A stretch of DNA of 64,000 nt from Candidatus Latescibacterota bacterium (GTDB lineage Bacteria; Latescibacterota; UBA2968; GCA-2709665). Below, in pieces: positions 19,693 through 30,086 of this stretch; within the stretch, counting starts at the first letter, position 1; each line of letters begins with the position of its first letter. The position numbers were made by a program, and so were the translations under genes. Under the pieces are notes generated by a model that did no database searches, was not told where the DNA came from, and saw only the letters and a list, made by a program, of their open reading frames with translations. The DNA lies in contig OZ241917.1 in NCBI GenBank assembly GCA_965203805.1, positions 1,760,001 to 1,824,000 on the forward strand. Direction: 5' to 3'.

Positions 19693-20061
19693 CTATGCAG
19701 TCAGCGGCGAAATTGCTTTACTCCCTTTCTTACGGGCCGGTTCCATTTCGAGACCCAGAGCCTGGCGTACCTGTCGTATTGCCTGAAGGTAATAATTCCT
19801 CACCGTACTCTTGGATACCGACAGCAGCAGCGCGATTTCGGCCATGGACTTTCCCTGGGAACGCAGCAGCAACACCTCGTACTTCCGGCCCGTGAGTGTC
19901 GGTTCGATCACGTTTCTGACCGCATCCAGTTTCTCCTCATCCAAATCCAATTTCGAATACGGATCGGGATCGAGCGAATGCCGGATGATGAAAGACAGAG
20001 GTACTGTCTCCGTTCTGGGATGACACCGTTCCATCACCGTGTTGTATCGGGGCCCTCGCAT
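19693..20061 (-). CDS. Small protein with sigma70 region-4/LuxR-type HTH only
   Basis: LTGRKYEVLLLRSQGKSMAEIALLLSVSKSTVRNYYLQAIRQVR; TTGCCT-17-TAAATT upstream (20132-20160). Confidence 0.7.
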   Translation of the reverse strand: MRGPRYNTVMERCHPRTETVPLSFIIRHSLDPDPYSKLDLDEEKLDAVRNVIEPTLTGRKYEVLLLRSQGKSMAEIALLLSVSKSTVRNYYLQAIRQVRQALGLEMEPARKKGSKAISPLTA

Positions 20062-20184
20062 ATGGGTTCCACGCTCTCTGCAGGACTATTGGAGGCTCTC
20101 AGCACTTCTCAAACCACGCGCGCACATCGTCAATTTAGCCTGTTCTTCTCAGTCAGGCAAGTGAAAATTCGCCCCGGGCGCTGA

Positions 20185-20330
20185 CAGCCCGTCGATAAAG
20201 TCCATCCGGGCTGCGTCCGGCCCTTGTGACCGAATGACGGCGTTGCGCTCCCTCCCCGAATCCAGGGATTCGCGTCGGTCGCGCGCCTTGTCTTCGGCCT
20301 CCGCTGCAGAGCGACTCTTCCAACGGACTG
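20185..20330 (+). mobile_element. MITE family A, near-complete copy
   Basis: Ends CAGCCCGTCGATAAA ... TCTTCCAACGGACTG form imperfect TIRs. Confidence 0.82.
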
Positions 20331-21263
20331 CTAAACCAGCGGACGCCTCGAGCAGCCCAACCCTTCTGCAGCCTGCAACACCCGTTCATTCAACCGGTCC
20401 GCATGCCGTACGGTTTCCCGATCGGGCGTGAACGCCAGGCTTCGCACCTGTGAATGCCCAATGATCCCCCGAGCCGCCAGCAGGCGTTTCTCCACAACCA
20501 GGTACAGCTCCATATCCTGCAGAGAGAAGGCAATCTGCGCCAGAATCCCGTCGTACACGTCGAGTGCGCCGTCCAGGTCGCCCGACGACCCGAATTCCCA
20601 GATCCGGTTCATCACATCCGCGTGCCCGAGCCCTGGCATGACGCCGGCGACGCCCCACTCGAAGAGTTCCGGCAGATACATCCCGCCCCAGCCCTCGAGC
20701 ACGGCCACCTCGTCGTCGGTCGCTTCACGAATCCCTCGCAGCTTGCGACCCAGAAGCGGCTCCTCCAGCTTGATATACTTGAAATTATCGCAGGCTTCGC
20801 GAAGTCGACGGCAGAACGTCCCGTCAACCGTGGGGCCGCCAGGATTGAAATCCTGAATCAGAATCGGCACCTGCACCGCGTCGCAGATGGTCCGGCAATA
20901 CGCGATAAGGTCGGTTTCCGTCGTTCGGAACTGCCTGGGGATTGCAAAACTGATGACGTCCGCGCCGGCGTCCTCGTTCGCGCGGGCAAGTTTCGCCGCC
21001 TGTCGGGCCGACGGGTGGTTCGACTGACCCACCACAGGAATCCTCCCCGCGGCCGAAGCGACCGCGGCCCGGACGACCGCGAGCCGTTCTCTCCCTGATT
21101 GCTTGTAAAACTCGCTCGCATATGCAGGCAGACACACCGCCGCGATACCGAATGCGACCGCCGTCTCCACCTGTCGGCCGATATCTTCGAATACAATCTC
21201 TTCACGGTCATCGAACGGCGTTACCAGTACCGCCACGACACCACGGATAGCTTCCACGCCCAT
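20331..21263 (-). CDS. Dihydrodipicolinate synthase-family aldolase/lyase
   Basis: GVVAVLVTPF, ASEF, ILIQD, YIKLE; GGAGG RBS. Confidence 0.88.
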   Translation of the reverse strand: MGVEAIRGVVAVLVTPFDDREEIVFEDIGRQVETAVAFGIAAVCLPAYASEFYKQSGRERLAVVRAAVASAAGRIPVVGQSNHPSARQAAKLARANEDAGADVISFAIPRQFRTTETDLIAYCRTICDAVQVPILIQDFNPGGPTVDGTFCRRLREACDNFKYIKLEEPLLGRKLRGIREATDDEVAVLEGWGGMYLPELFEWGVAGVMPGLGHADVMNRIWEFGSSGDLDGALDVYDGILAQIAFSLQDMELYLVVEKRLLAARGIIGHSQVRSLAFTPDRETVRHADRLNERVLQAAEGLGCSRRPLV

Positions 21264-21415
21264 ATCGAACCTCCAGGAGCGGATTTGTCTGAGGCCAGGT
21301 CCGTCCGCCTGTTGCCGTTCAAAGCGCCGGACAATCCTCCGAAGGGTGGATCGTTGAACCGGCCGTCGACATCGTATGACGGGAGGGGGTCGCTTCTCAG
21401 CCGCCTTGGTGGCTG

Positions 21416-21444
21416 TTGACACCGAAACTGAGATATGTTAAATT
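21416..21444 (+). promoter_or_regulatory. Sigma70 promoter upstream of relA/spoT
   Basis: TTGACA-17 bp-TAAATT with extended TG. Confidence 0.65.
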
Positions 21445-21615
21445 GTAATTCCCGGGAAATTTTCTCGAATAGACTTTCCGGGATCGTTAAGATCTGACCG
21501 GAAGGCCGGCAATCTGCGGCGCCGGATTCGACGCCGGTCCCCCGGACAGCCAGAAGTACGGTATCTACGGGACCCGCCGGCAGCGCGGACCATTCAGATC
21601 CGACTGGAGGTCTCC

Positions 21616-23820
21616 GTGAGGTTACAAGCGGCTGGCTCCAAAACCCTCCCGGCCGTCGAAGCCGTCGTCGAACGCGAGTCCGGTTTTCCCGATCTTCAGA
21701 ACCTGCTCCGTTCAGCGATCGACGTTCGTCCGAACCAGAATCTTCGGCTCATCTCCAAAGCCTACCACTTCGCCGAACTGGCCCATCGCAATCTGCGCCG
21801 AAAGTCCGGCGATCCCGCAATATCACACGCTGTGGCCGTGTGCCGCATCCTGATCGACCTCGGGCTCGACTCCGCGACCGCAGCCGCCGGCCTGCTGCAC
21901 GACGTGGTGGACGATACCGACGTTACGCTAACCCAGATCGAGTCTCACTTCGGGGCTGAAATTGCCGGCCTGGTTGACGGCGTTTCCAGGATAAAGGACT
22001 TTTCCTTCCAAAGCCCGGAAGCCGAACAGGCCGAAAATTTCCGCAAGATGCTGCTCTCGATGGCACGAGACCTCCGCGTGGTTCTCGTCAAGCTGGCCGA
22101 CCGCCTCCACAATATGCGTACCCTGAAATATATGCGACCGGAGAGCCAGGAACGCATGGTTTACGAGAGTCGCGATATCTATGCACCGCTTGCCCACCGT
22201 CTGGGCATGTCCCGTATCCGCGCGGAACTGGAAGACCTGAGCCTCAAATGGCTGGAACCGAAAGCGTACCGGTATATCCAGGAAAAGATCAACCTGACCC
22301 GTGAAGAACGAGAGGCCTGCATCGAAGCCGTGCAAAAGCCACTTTCGGAGGCACTGGAGAAAGCGGGGATTCAGGCGGACATGACGGGCCGTTCCAAGAA
22401 TTTCAGCAGCATCTACAAGAAAATGAACGGGCGTGGAAAAGCCTTCGATGAAATCTACGATCTTCTGGCGCTTCGTGTTCTGGTTGACACCATTCCCGAA
22501 TGTTACAACGTACTCGGCCTGGTGCACACCATGTATCCGCCTGTCACCGCCCGCTTCAAGGACTTCATCGCCACGCCCAAAAGCAACATGTACCAGTCGC
22601 TTCACACAACGATTATTGGTCCGTCACGTATGATGCTCGAGGTGCAGATCCGCACCAGGAAGATGCATCAGACGGCAGAGGTCGGCATTGCAGCCCACTG
22701 GCTCTACAAGGAGGGCAAGCGCGGCCCGTCCGAAATGGACCGCCACATGGCGTGGCTTCGCAGCCTGCTGGAGTGGCAGCGGGAAACCACGAACCCGCAG
22801 GAATTCATGGACGAACTGAAGGTCGATCTCTTTCCGAACGAAATCTATGTGTTTACCCCTAAGGGAGACCTCATCCAGCTTCCGGAAGACGCCACGCCGC
22901 TGGACTTTGCGTTTGCAGTACACACCGATGTCGGCCTGCGTTGTATCGGCAGCCGGGTGGACGACCAGATGGTATCCCTGTCTACACCGCTGCAAACGGG
23001 TTGTACCGTCGAGGTGCTCACCTCGCCCCACCAGCGGCCCAACCGCGACTGGCTCGATTTCGTGAAGACCGCCAGGGCACGCAGCCGTATCAGACGCTGG
23101 TTACGCGAGGAAGCGTTTTCTCAAAGCGTCCGGATCGGCAAAGACATCCTGGATCGCGAACTCAAGAGACGGCGAAAACGTACGGCCGAGGAAAAACTGG
23201 ATACCGCGGCCGCTCACTTCGGGCTGCAGGACGTAGAGCATCTCTTCGCCAGCCTGGGTAACGGTACGCTGTCCCTGGAACGGGTTGTACATCAGATCTT
23301 TCCATCGGCCCGCCCGATACCCGGACGACAGCGACCGGAAATCAAGAGAAAGAGCCGCAAGAACCCGATTGTGATCCACAGCCTGAACCACCTGATGATT
23401 CAGTTCGCCCGCTGCTGCCAGCCCATATACGGCGATTCCGTGTTGGGCGTTATAACACGCGGAAAAGGGATATCCGTTCACCGGAGGGACTGTCGTAACA
23501 TTTCGAACCTCCCGGAAGGTCGCGACCGCCTGGTCGACGTCGACTGGAATTCGGAAGAGGAGACGGCTTTCACCGTACAAATTCGCGTTAACGGCGAGGA
23601 TCGGCCCAATTTCCTTCGCGACATCAGCGAGGCCATTTCGGGGCAGGGCGTACCCGTGGTCGAGGGAAAGTTGAACACCGCCAGCGGCCAGGTCGGCAAC
23701 CGATTCACGGTTAAGGTTAGAAACGTCAACCAGCTCCACGACCTGCGAAAGAAAATCCTGTCCGTGCCGGGCGTCTCGTCGGTTCAGCGAATAAACGCAA
23801 GTTACGACGACGTTTTGTAA
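21616..23820 (+). CDS. relA: Bifunctional (p)ppGpp synthetase/hydrolase (RelA/SpoT)
   Basis: HD domain (LHDVVDDT, KLADRLHNMRT), YQSLHTT, TGS and ACT domains. Confidence 0.95.
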   Translation: MRLQAAGSKTLPAVEAVVERESGFPDLQNLLRSAIDVRPNQNLRLISKAYHFAELAHRNLRRKSGDPAISHAVAVCRILIDLGLDSATAAAGLLHDVVDDTDVTLTQIESHFGAEIAGLVDGVSRIKDFSFQSPEAEQAENFRKMLLSMARDLRVVLVKLADRLHNMRTLKYMRPESQERMVYESRDIYAPLAHRLGMSRIRAELEDLSLKWLEPKAYRYIQEKINLTREEREACIEAVQKPLSEALEKAGIQADMTGRSKNFSSIYKKMNGRGKAFDEIYDLLALRVLVDTIPECYNVLGLVHTMYPPVTARFKDFIATPKSNMYQSLHTTIIGPSRMMLEVQIRTRKMHQTAEVGIAAHWLYKEGKRGPSEMDRHMAWLRSLLEWQRETTNPQEFMDELKVDLFPNEIYVFTPKGDLIQLPEDATPLDFAFAVHTDVGLRCIGSRVDDQMVSLSTPLQTGCTVEVLTSPHQRPNRDWLDFVKTARARSRIRRWLREEAFSQSVRIGKDILDRELKRRRKRTAEEKLDTAAAHFGLQDVEHLFASLGNGTLSLERVVHQIFPSARPIPGRQRPEIKRKSRKNPIVIHSLNHLMIQFARCCQPIYGDSVLGVITRGKGISVHRRDCRNISNLPEGRDRLVDVDWNSEEETAFTVQIRVNGEDRPNFLRDISEAISGQGVPVVEGKLNTASGQVGNRFTVKVRNVNQLHDLRKKILSVPGVSSVQRINASYDDVL

Positions 23821-23893
23821 ACGTCGCTTCGGAGCGATCGTCTCACCGATGACGTTTCACGTCATCCCGCCTTTTGAAGAAACGCCCGCGCCG

Positions 23894-26533
23894 TCAGGGG
23901 ATTTTCCCGCCTTCCAGTTCCTGCTTCCACCGATCCAGAGTAGCCAGAGCTTCGAGCGGTGTGGTATTGCCCACGTCCAGATCGCGCAATTCGGCGAGGA
24001 CCGGATCTTCAGGGGGACGGTCGAACAGCTTCATCTGTCCGTCAGTTGAGGCGGATTCACGAACCACCGATGGGGTCGTTTTTTTCTTTGCCGGCGTCAA
24101 GTCGTTTGCTTCCAGCCTGTGCAGCACGTCTCGGGCGCGCAGAACCAGTTCGTGAGGCATTCCGGCAAGCCGCGCCACCTCAATGCCGTAGCTGTGGTCA
24201 CACCCCCCGGGCACCAGCCGGTGCAGAAACGTCACGTTGTCGCCTTCCTTCCTCACCGCGACGCTGAAATTCTTCACCCTCGGCAGTAATTCCTCGAGTT
24301 CCGTCAATTCATGGTAGTGCGTCGCAAACAACGTGCGCGATTGCAGGGCCGCTGTATTGTGTAAATATTCCGTCATTGCCCAGGCGATGCTCAGACCGTC
24401 AAATGTACTGGTACCGCGCCCGATTTCATCCAGAAGCACCAGGCTCCTGGGGGTGGCGTTGTTCAGGATGTTGGCCGCTTCATTCATTTCCACGAGGAAC
24501 GTGGATTCACCCCGGGCAAGGTTGTCGGACGCCCCAACCCGTGTGAAAATCCGGTCAACCACACCGACGCGCGCGGCCTTCGCGGGAACAAAGCTGCCCA
24601 GTTGTGAAAGCAGAACGATCAGCCCGATCTGACGCAACATCGTGGATTTCCCGGCCATATTGGGGCCGGTAATAATCAGCACCTGGTCGCGCTCGCCATC
24701 CACGTAAAAGTCATTTGGTACAAACTTGCCGGTAGGCAGCAACCCTTCAACAACCGGATGGCGACCCTCCCGAATTTCGATTCCGGTAGAATCGTCCACC
24801 TCGGGCCGGACGTAGTCGTTGGACACGGCCACTTCTCCCAGGCAGGCCAGCACGTCTACGACAGCCACTGCCCGCGCCGTGCGCTGTACCTCGTTCACCC
24901 AGGCCTCCACCTCGCCCCTGAGCTGCTGAAACTGCGCTTTCTCCAGTTCCTTCGCGCGTTCGTCGGCCCCTAGAATCCTCGCTTCCCATTCTTTCAGCTC
25001 GGGGGTAATAAAGCGCTCCGCGTTCACCAGGGTCTGCTTGCGCAGGTAGTCTTCCGGAGCCCTGTCCATATTCGCCTTTGTGATCTCGATATAATATCCG
25101 AACGCCTTGTTATACCCGACCTTGAGTGACGGAATACCGGTACGCTCTCTTTCATTGGCCTGAAGTTCGGCCACCCAACGGCGGCCTCCGGAAGCCGCGT
25201 CGCGGAGCTCGTCCAGTTCCCGACTACAACCCTCCCTGATAACGCCCCCTTCGCTGAGCAGAAACGGCGGATCGTCCACCACCGTGCGCCCTATCAGGTC
25301 GATCAGGTCGCTCAAATCAGGCATCCCCTTGCACCGCGCCTTTACCAGCAGATCGACCGTGGCCTCCCTCAGCGCTTCTCGAAGGCCGGGTATGGCCTGC
25401 AGCGACGCTTTGAGAGACACGAGATCCCTCGGACTGCAGCGTCCACAGCAGATCCGGGACATCAGGCGCTCGAGATCTCCCACCTGCTTCAGGCCCGAAC
25501 GTAACGACTCCCGACGCGCGGGATGCGTTGCCAGGTCTTCAACGGCGTCCAGTCTCGCTTCAATCCTCGGAATATCGAGCAGCGGCCGGGACAGCCAGGT
25601 CCTCAGCGTCCGCGCGCCCATCGCGGTGCACGTGCGGTCCAGCAGGGACAGGAGGGTCCCTTCCCGTCGACCCTCCTGTATCGACGTAATCAGCTCCAGA
25701 TTCCGCTGGGTCACGAGGTCGAGACCCATGTGTGCCCCGTCACGCTCCCGGGAGAGGCGGGTGATGTGAGAGACCGCCCCCTTCTGGTTCTGTTTGAGAT
25801 ACCCCAGCACCGCCCCCGCCGCGCCGATGCCCACCGTCATCTGGTCGCAGCCGAATCCCTTCAACGAATTGACCCGGAAATGCTCCAGCAACAGATCGTG
25901 CGCATAAGCAAATCCGAAGTGCCAGTCTTCGGCTCGCACGAGCAGCGTGCCCGGCAATCGATGCGCCATCGCAGCTTCATTCGCTTCGATCCACGACTCG
26001 GGCGCGAGCACCTCCGCGGGACTGATTCCCTCAAGCACATCCCACAGATCGTCCGCATCCCGCTCGAGCGCGCGGAAATCACCGGTTGACAGATCCGTCA
26101 CCGCGATACCCAGCCGGTTCGACTCGACCCGGAGACCCGCGAGATAGTTGTTGCGTTTCTGATCCAGCAGGTTGTCCGAGAGCGCCGTGCCGGGAGAGAC
26201 CACCTGAACGACCTCGCGCCGCACGACCGGCTTGCCCTTCTGCGGCGCCTCCATCTGTTCGCAGATGGCCACTTTGCAACCCGCCTTGATCAATCGGGCA
26301 AGGTAGGTATCCAGCGCATGATGCGGCACGCCGGCCATCGGCACGCTTTCGCCGCCCCGGCCGTTGTTGCGGGAAGTCAGCGTCAGCCCGAGAAGGCCGG
26401 AGACCTCTTTCGCATCGTCGTAAAACGTCTCATAGAAATCACCCATTCTGAACAGCAGCACCGCATCTCTGTATTCGTCCTTGAAATGCAAATACTGTTC
26501 CATTGCCGGGGTGACATCTCTCGGGCGTGCCAT
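23894..26533 (-). CDS. mutS: DNA mismatch repair protein MutS
   Basis: FRMGDFYE, TGPNMAGKST, DEIGRGTSTFDG, FATHYHEL. Confidence 0.98.
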   Translation of the reverse strand: MARPRDVTPAMEQYLHFKDEYRDAVLLFRMGDFYETFYDDAKEVSGLLGLTLTSRNNGRGGESVPMAGVPHHALDTYLARLIKAGCKVAICEQMEAPQKGKPVVRREVVQVVSPGTALSDNLLDQKRNNYLAGLRVESNRLGIAVTDLSTGDFRALERDADDLWDVLEGISPAEVLAPESWIEANEAAMAHRLPGTLLVRAEDWHFGFAYAHDLLLEHFRVNSLKGFGCDQMTVGIGAAGAVLGYLKQNQKGAVSHITRLSRERDGAHMGLDLVTQRNLELITSIQEGRREGTLLSLLDRTCTAMGARTLRTWLSRPLLDIPRIEARLDAVEDLATHPARRESLRSGLKQVGDLERLMSRICCGRCSPRDLVSLKASLQAIPGLREALREATVDLLVKARCKGMPDLSDLIDLIGRTVVDDPPFLLSEGGVIREGCSRELDELRDAASGGRRWVAELQANERERTGIPSLKVGYNKAFGYYIEITKANMDRAPEDYLRKQTLVNAERFITPELKEWEARILGADERAKELEKAQFQQLRGEVEAWVNEVQRTARAVAVVDVLACLGEVAVSNDYVRPEVDDSTGIEIREGRHPVVEGLLPTGKFVPNDFYVDGERDQVLIITGPNMAGKSTMLRQIGLIVLLSQLGSFVPAKAARVGVVDRIFTRVGASDNLARGESTFLVEMNEAANILNNATPRSLVLLDEIGRGTSTFDGLSIAWAMTEYLHNTAALQSRTLFATHYHELTELEELLPRVKNFSVAVRKEGDNVTFLHRLVPGGCDHSYGIEVARLAGMPHELVLRARDVLHRLEANDLTPAKKKTTPSVVRESASTDGQMKLFDRPPEDPVLAELRDLDVGNTTPLEALATLDRWKQELEGGKIP

Positions 26534-26545
26534 AAAGACGCTTCC

Positions 26546-27889
26546 TCAAGGCTGCGCTTCGTGCCGCCGGCCTTCGTCGCTGATATCGGCGAGACGGCCG
26601 GTTACCCGGTCCGGACGCACGTCGGTCAGCCGCACAGGCACGATGGAATTCTTCGCGCCATCGGGACCCGGAGCGAAAACACGGATGTAATTGTCGGTCA
26701 CGCCCTGCAGATACCCTGTGCCCGGCTCGCGCCTGTCTTCGAAGAGCACGTGCAACGTCCGCCCCGAAAAACGACGGCAGAAGGCTTCTGTCTTTCGCGC
26801 GCCCAGCGTCCTGAGCAGCGCGCCTCGACGCTTCTTCACGGCAGCGTCCACCGCGCCGCCCATTCGCGCGGCAGACGTGCCGTTCCGCGGCGAAAAGGGA
26901 AACACGTGCAGGAACGCGAGGGGAACCTTGTCGATCAGGTCGTACGTGTTGGAGAACGCCTCATCGGTCTCGCCCGGAAACCCGACCATCACGTCCGCGC
27001 CGATGCCTATATCCGGCACCTTTTCCGCCAGTGTCTCGATCAGCGAGCGATAGCGCGACCGGGAATAAGGCCTGCGCATCGATCTCAGAATCCCGTCGTC
27101 TCCACTCTGGAGCGGTATATGCAGGTGTCTGCAGAATCTGGACGAGGCCGAAAAGAAATCGACCATCGCATCTGTAATGTACGACGCTTCGATCGAGCTC
27201 ACCCTGAACCGCTGGAGGCCCTTCATCTGCTCGATGGCTTCAAACAGGTCCAGCAATGCGGGTCCATCCAGGTCCGCGCCGTAGTCGCCAATGTGTACGC
27301 CTGCGAGGACGACCTCCTGGTAACCGGCATCAACAAGCCGCTGCACCTGATCGAGACAGCTCTGCAGACTGCGGCTGCGGCTCCGGCCCCTGGCAAACGG
27401 TATAATGCAGAATGAGCAGAACTCGTTGCAACCTTCCTGCACCTTCACGAACGCACGCGCCCTGCCGCCGAAGTTGAAGATATCCATTTCCTGAAACTCG
27501 GCGGTTCGACGCCGCGTCACGTAGCTTCGTCCGATGGAGCACGTATCGTTGATCAGGTCCAGCAGATGTGTCTTTTCCGCAGTACCTACGACGAGATCGA
27601 CTTCCGGCATTTCGATCAGCACGTCGGGATCGGTCTGCGCGTAACAGCCCATGGCCACGACCGTGCCTTCGGGCGAAATGCGATGCGCCCGGCGCAACAT
27701 TTGCCTGGACTGCGCAGCGCCTTGACCGGTCACCGCGCAGGTATTCACCACGGTCACGTCCGCCGAACGCCCAAACGCCACCTCCCGATACCCTTCGTGC
27801 GCGAACTGCTCACGGTACCATTCCGTATCGTAGGTATTCAATTTGCAGCCCAGGGTATAAAACGATACGGTTTTGTCGCTTCCGTTCAT
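26546..27889 (-). CDS. mtaB: tRNA t6A37 methylthiotransferase
   Basis: TLGCKLNTYD, VNTCAVT, KVQEGCNEFCSFCIIP, LHVFPFS, TRAM domain. Confidence 0.9.
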   Translation of the reverse strand: MNGSDKTVSFYTLGCKLNTYDTEWYREQFAHEGYREVAFGRSADVTVVNTCAVTGQGAAQSRQMLRRAHRISPEGTVVAMGCYAQTDPDVLIEMPEVDLVVGTAEKTHLLDLINDTCSIGRSYVTRRRTAEFQEMDIFNFGGRARAFVKVQEGCNEFCSFCIIPFARGRSRSRSLQSCLDQVQRLVDAGYQEVVLAGVHIGDYGADLDGPALLDLFEAIEQMKGLQRFRVSSIEASYITDAMVDFFSASSRFCRHLHIPLQSGDDGILRSMRRPYSRSRYRSLIETLAEKVPDIGIGADVMVGFPGETDEAFSNTYDLIDKVPLAFLHVFPFSPRNGTSAARMGGAVDAAVKKRRGALLRTLGARKTEAFCRRFSGRTLHVLFEDRREPGTGYLQGVTDNYIRVFAPGPDGAKNSIVPVRLTDVRPDRVTGRLADISDEGRRHEAQP

Positions 27890-28047
27890 CTTACCCGTTC
27901 CTCGCATTCGCCTCGCGGCTTCGCCTGTCGAGACGCCCTCACCGGCGGTATACGCCAAACGCAGGAAACCCATTCTCATCCATACAACAAAGAGTTGAGG
28001 ACAACTCCCCAACTCTCTGTCTGCAACGTACCGGTTTTCCCGGAATC

Positions 28048-29982
28048 CTAAGCGTCCGAATTCGACCCGGCCTCCGTATTGTCGGTCGTATCGGAAGCCT
28101 TCGCGGCCGGCGGGTCGCCTTCGCCTGAATCCTCATTGGCAGACCCTGCTTCCGCCCCATCGGCGGTTGCTTCCGCAGCGGCTTCGGCGGGCGCCGCAGC
28201 GGCGGCTTCGGGTTTCGCAACCGGAGTGGCGTCTTTGGAATCATCGGCGGCGCCTACCACGTCACCCACCGTGACCGGCTTCGGCTGGTGGCCTTCTATA
28301 TATGCGTCGATCTCAGCCTGTTCGGCGTCGCGCAGGTATTCCTTCACGCTCAGTACGATCTTGCGCTGCTCTTCATCGAACTCAACCACCTTGAGCGGCA
28401 GTTCGTCCTGTTCTGAAAAGTGGGTCTGGGGCGTCTGCAGATCCGACAAGCCCAACTGCGAAACCGGGATGAAGCCCTCGACGTCGCCGTCCAGGTCGAC
28501 CACGACCCCGCGTTCCAGCAACCGGGATATCCGACCTGCTGTCGTTTTACCCACCGCGTATTGAACGGCCAGTTCAGACCAGGGGTTTTCGATGGTCTGC
28601 TTGTGACCCAGTGAAATGCGTCGACGTTTCTTGTCTATATTGAGCACCACCACGTCGACGTGCTCTCCCTTCTTGACAACGTCGCTGGGATGCCGCACAC
28701 GCCGCGTCCACGACATATCTGAAATATGGACCAGACCGTCGATGCCCTCTTCGATCTCGACAAACGCGCCGAAATTGACCAGGTTGCGCACCAGGCCCGT
28801 AAGGCGTGTGCCCACGGGGTATTTTTCGTCCAGCGAAAGCCAGGGGTCGTCCGTTGTCTGCTTCAGGCCAAGCGAAATCTTCTGGCCCTCTTTGTCCACG
28901 TTCAGAATGACAACCTTCACCTGATCGCCAATTGAAACGAGCTTGGACGGATGCCGGATATGCTGCGTCCAGGACATCTCCGAAATGTGGACCAGCCCCT
29001 CTACGCCCTGTTCCAATTCCACAAACGCACCGTAGTCCGTGATGCTCACCACTTTGCCGTCCACCCGGTTCCCCACTGGGTACTTTTCCTCGATATTTTC
29101 CCAGGGATGCGGGGTAAGTTGCTTCATGCCCAGAGAGATCCGTTCGCGCTCCTCGTCGTAATTGAGCACTTTCACCTGTACATTGTCGCCGATGGACAAG
29201 ACCTCCGAAGGATGTCCGATCCGGCCCCAGGAAATGTCCGTAATGTGCAAGAGACCGTCCAGACCACCCAGGTCGATGAACGCGCCGAAATCCGTAATGT
29301 TCTTCACTGCGCCTTCGCGCACCTGGCCGACTTCCAACGTCTGGAGAATCTGTTTGCGCAAGCGCTCCCGTTCGGCTTCCAGCACGACGCGCCTGGAAAC
29401 GACGATATTGCGCCGGTTCTTGTTGAGCTTGATGATTCGAAAGGGAAAAACCTCTCCGATGAATTGATCGAAATTCTTCACCTGTTTGATATCGATCTGA
29501 GATCCGGGCAGAAAAGCGTCCACTCCGAACAGATCCACAACGATACCGCCCTTTATGCGCCGCACCAGCCGGCCCTCGACGATCTGATCGCTGTCGTACG
29601 CGTCTTTTATGCGGTCCCATACCCGCATAAAATCTGCCTTTTGTTTGGACAGCACAATCTGACCTTCCTGGTCTTCCACATCTTCGAGATACACTTCGAC
29701 TTCCTGACCCACCTCCACTTCCGACGGGTCGGCGAACTCGGAAAGCGGTATGGCGCCTTCGGACTTGAAACCGATATCGACAACGACGGAATTCTCCGCC
29801 ACGTCCAGGACGGTTCCGGCGACGATTTCGCCCTCGGTAATATTGCTCATCGTATCTTCATACAAACTCATCATCGAGGCGAATTCCTCTTCCGAGTATT
29901 CGCGCTCGTCCAACGCCTCCAGTGCTTCCTCGGTCGAGGGCTGGGTAACGGCCTGGGCTGCGGTGTTGTTTTCTTCCGACAT
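28048..29982 (-). CDS. rpsA: 30S ribosomal protein S1 with acidic Ala-rich tail
   Basis: Repeated S1 domains (DFGAFIDLGGLDGLLHITDISW). Confidence 0.97.
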   Translation of the reverse strand: MSEENNTAAQAVTQPSTEEALEALDEREYSEEEFASMMSLYEDTMSNITEGEIVAGTVLDVAENSVVVDIGFKSEGAIPLSEFADPSEVEVGQEVEVYLEDVEDQEGQIVLSKQKADFMRVWDRIKDAYDSDQIVEGRLVRRIKGGIVVDLFGVDAFLPGSQIDIKQVKNFDQFIGEVFPFRIIKLNKNRRNIVVSRRVVLEAERERLRKQILQTLEVGQVREGAVKNITDFGAFIDLGGLDGLLHITDISWGRIGHPSEVLSIGDNVQVKVLNYDEERERISLGMKQLTPHPWENIEEKYPVGNRVDGKVVSITDYGAFVELEQGVEGLVHISEMSWTQHIRHPSKLVSIGDQVKVVILNVDKEGQKISLGLKQTTDDPWLSLDEKYPVGTRLTGLVRNLVNFGAFVEIEEGIDGLVHISDMSWTRRVRHPSDVVKKGEHVDVVVLNIDKKRRRISLGHKQTIENPWSELAVQYAVGKTTAGRISRLLERGVVVDLDGDVEGFIPVSQLGLSDLQTPQTHFSEQDELPLKVVEFDEEQRKIVLSVKEYLRDAEQAEIDAYIEGHQPKPVTVGDVVGAADDSKDATPVAKPEAAAAAPAEAAAEATADGAEAGSANEDSGEGDPPAAKASDTTDNTEAGSNSDA

Positions 29983-30086
29983 GTTACAGCGACCTCCTTG
30001 GCCGATTCGCATCAGACTGGCGCACCGGATATGCAACTCGGCGAAAAAATACGGGAAAAAGCGGAGACCCGGGCTCCACAGGAATC

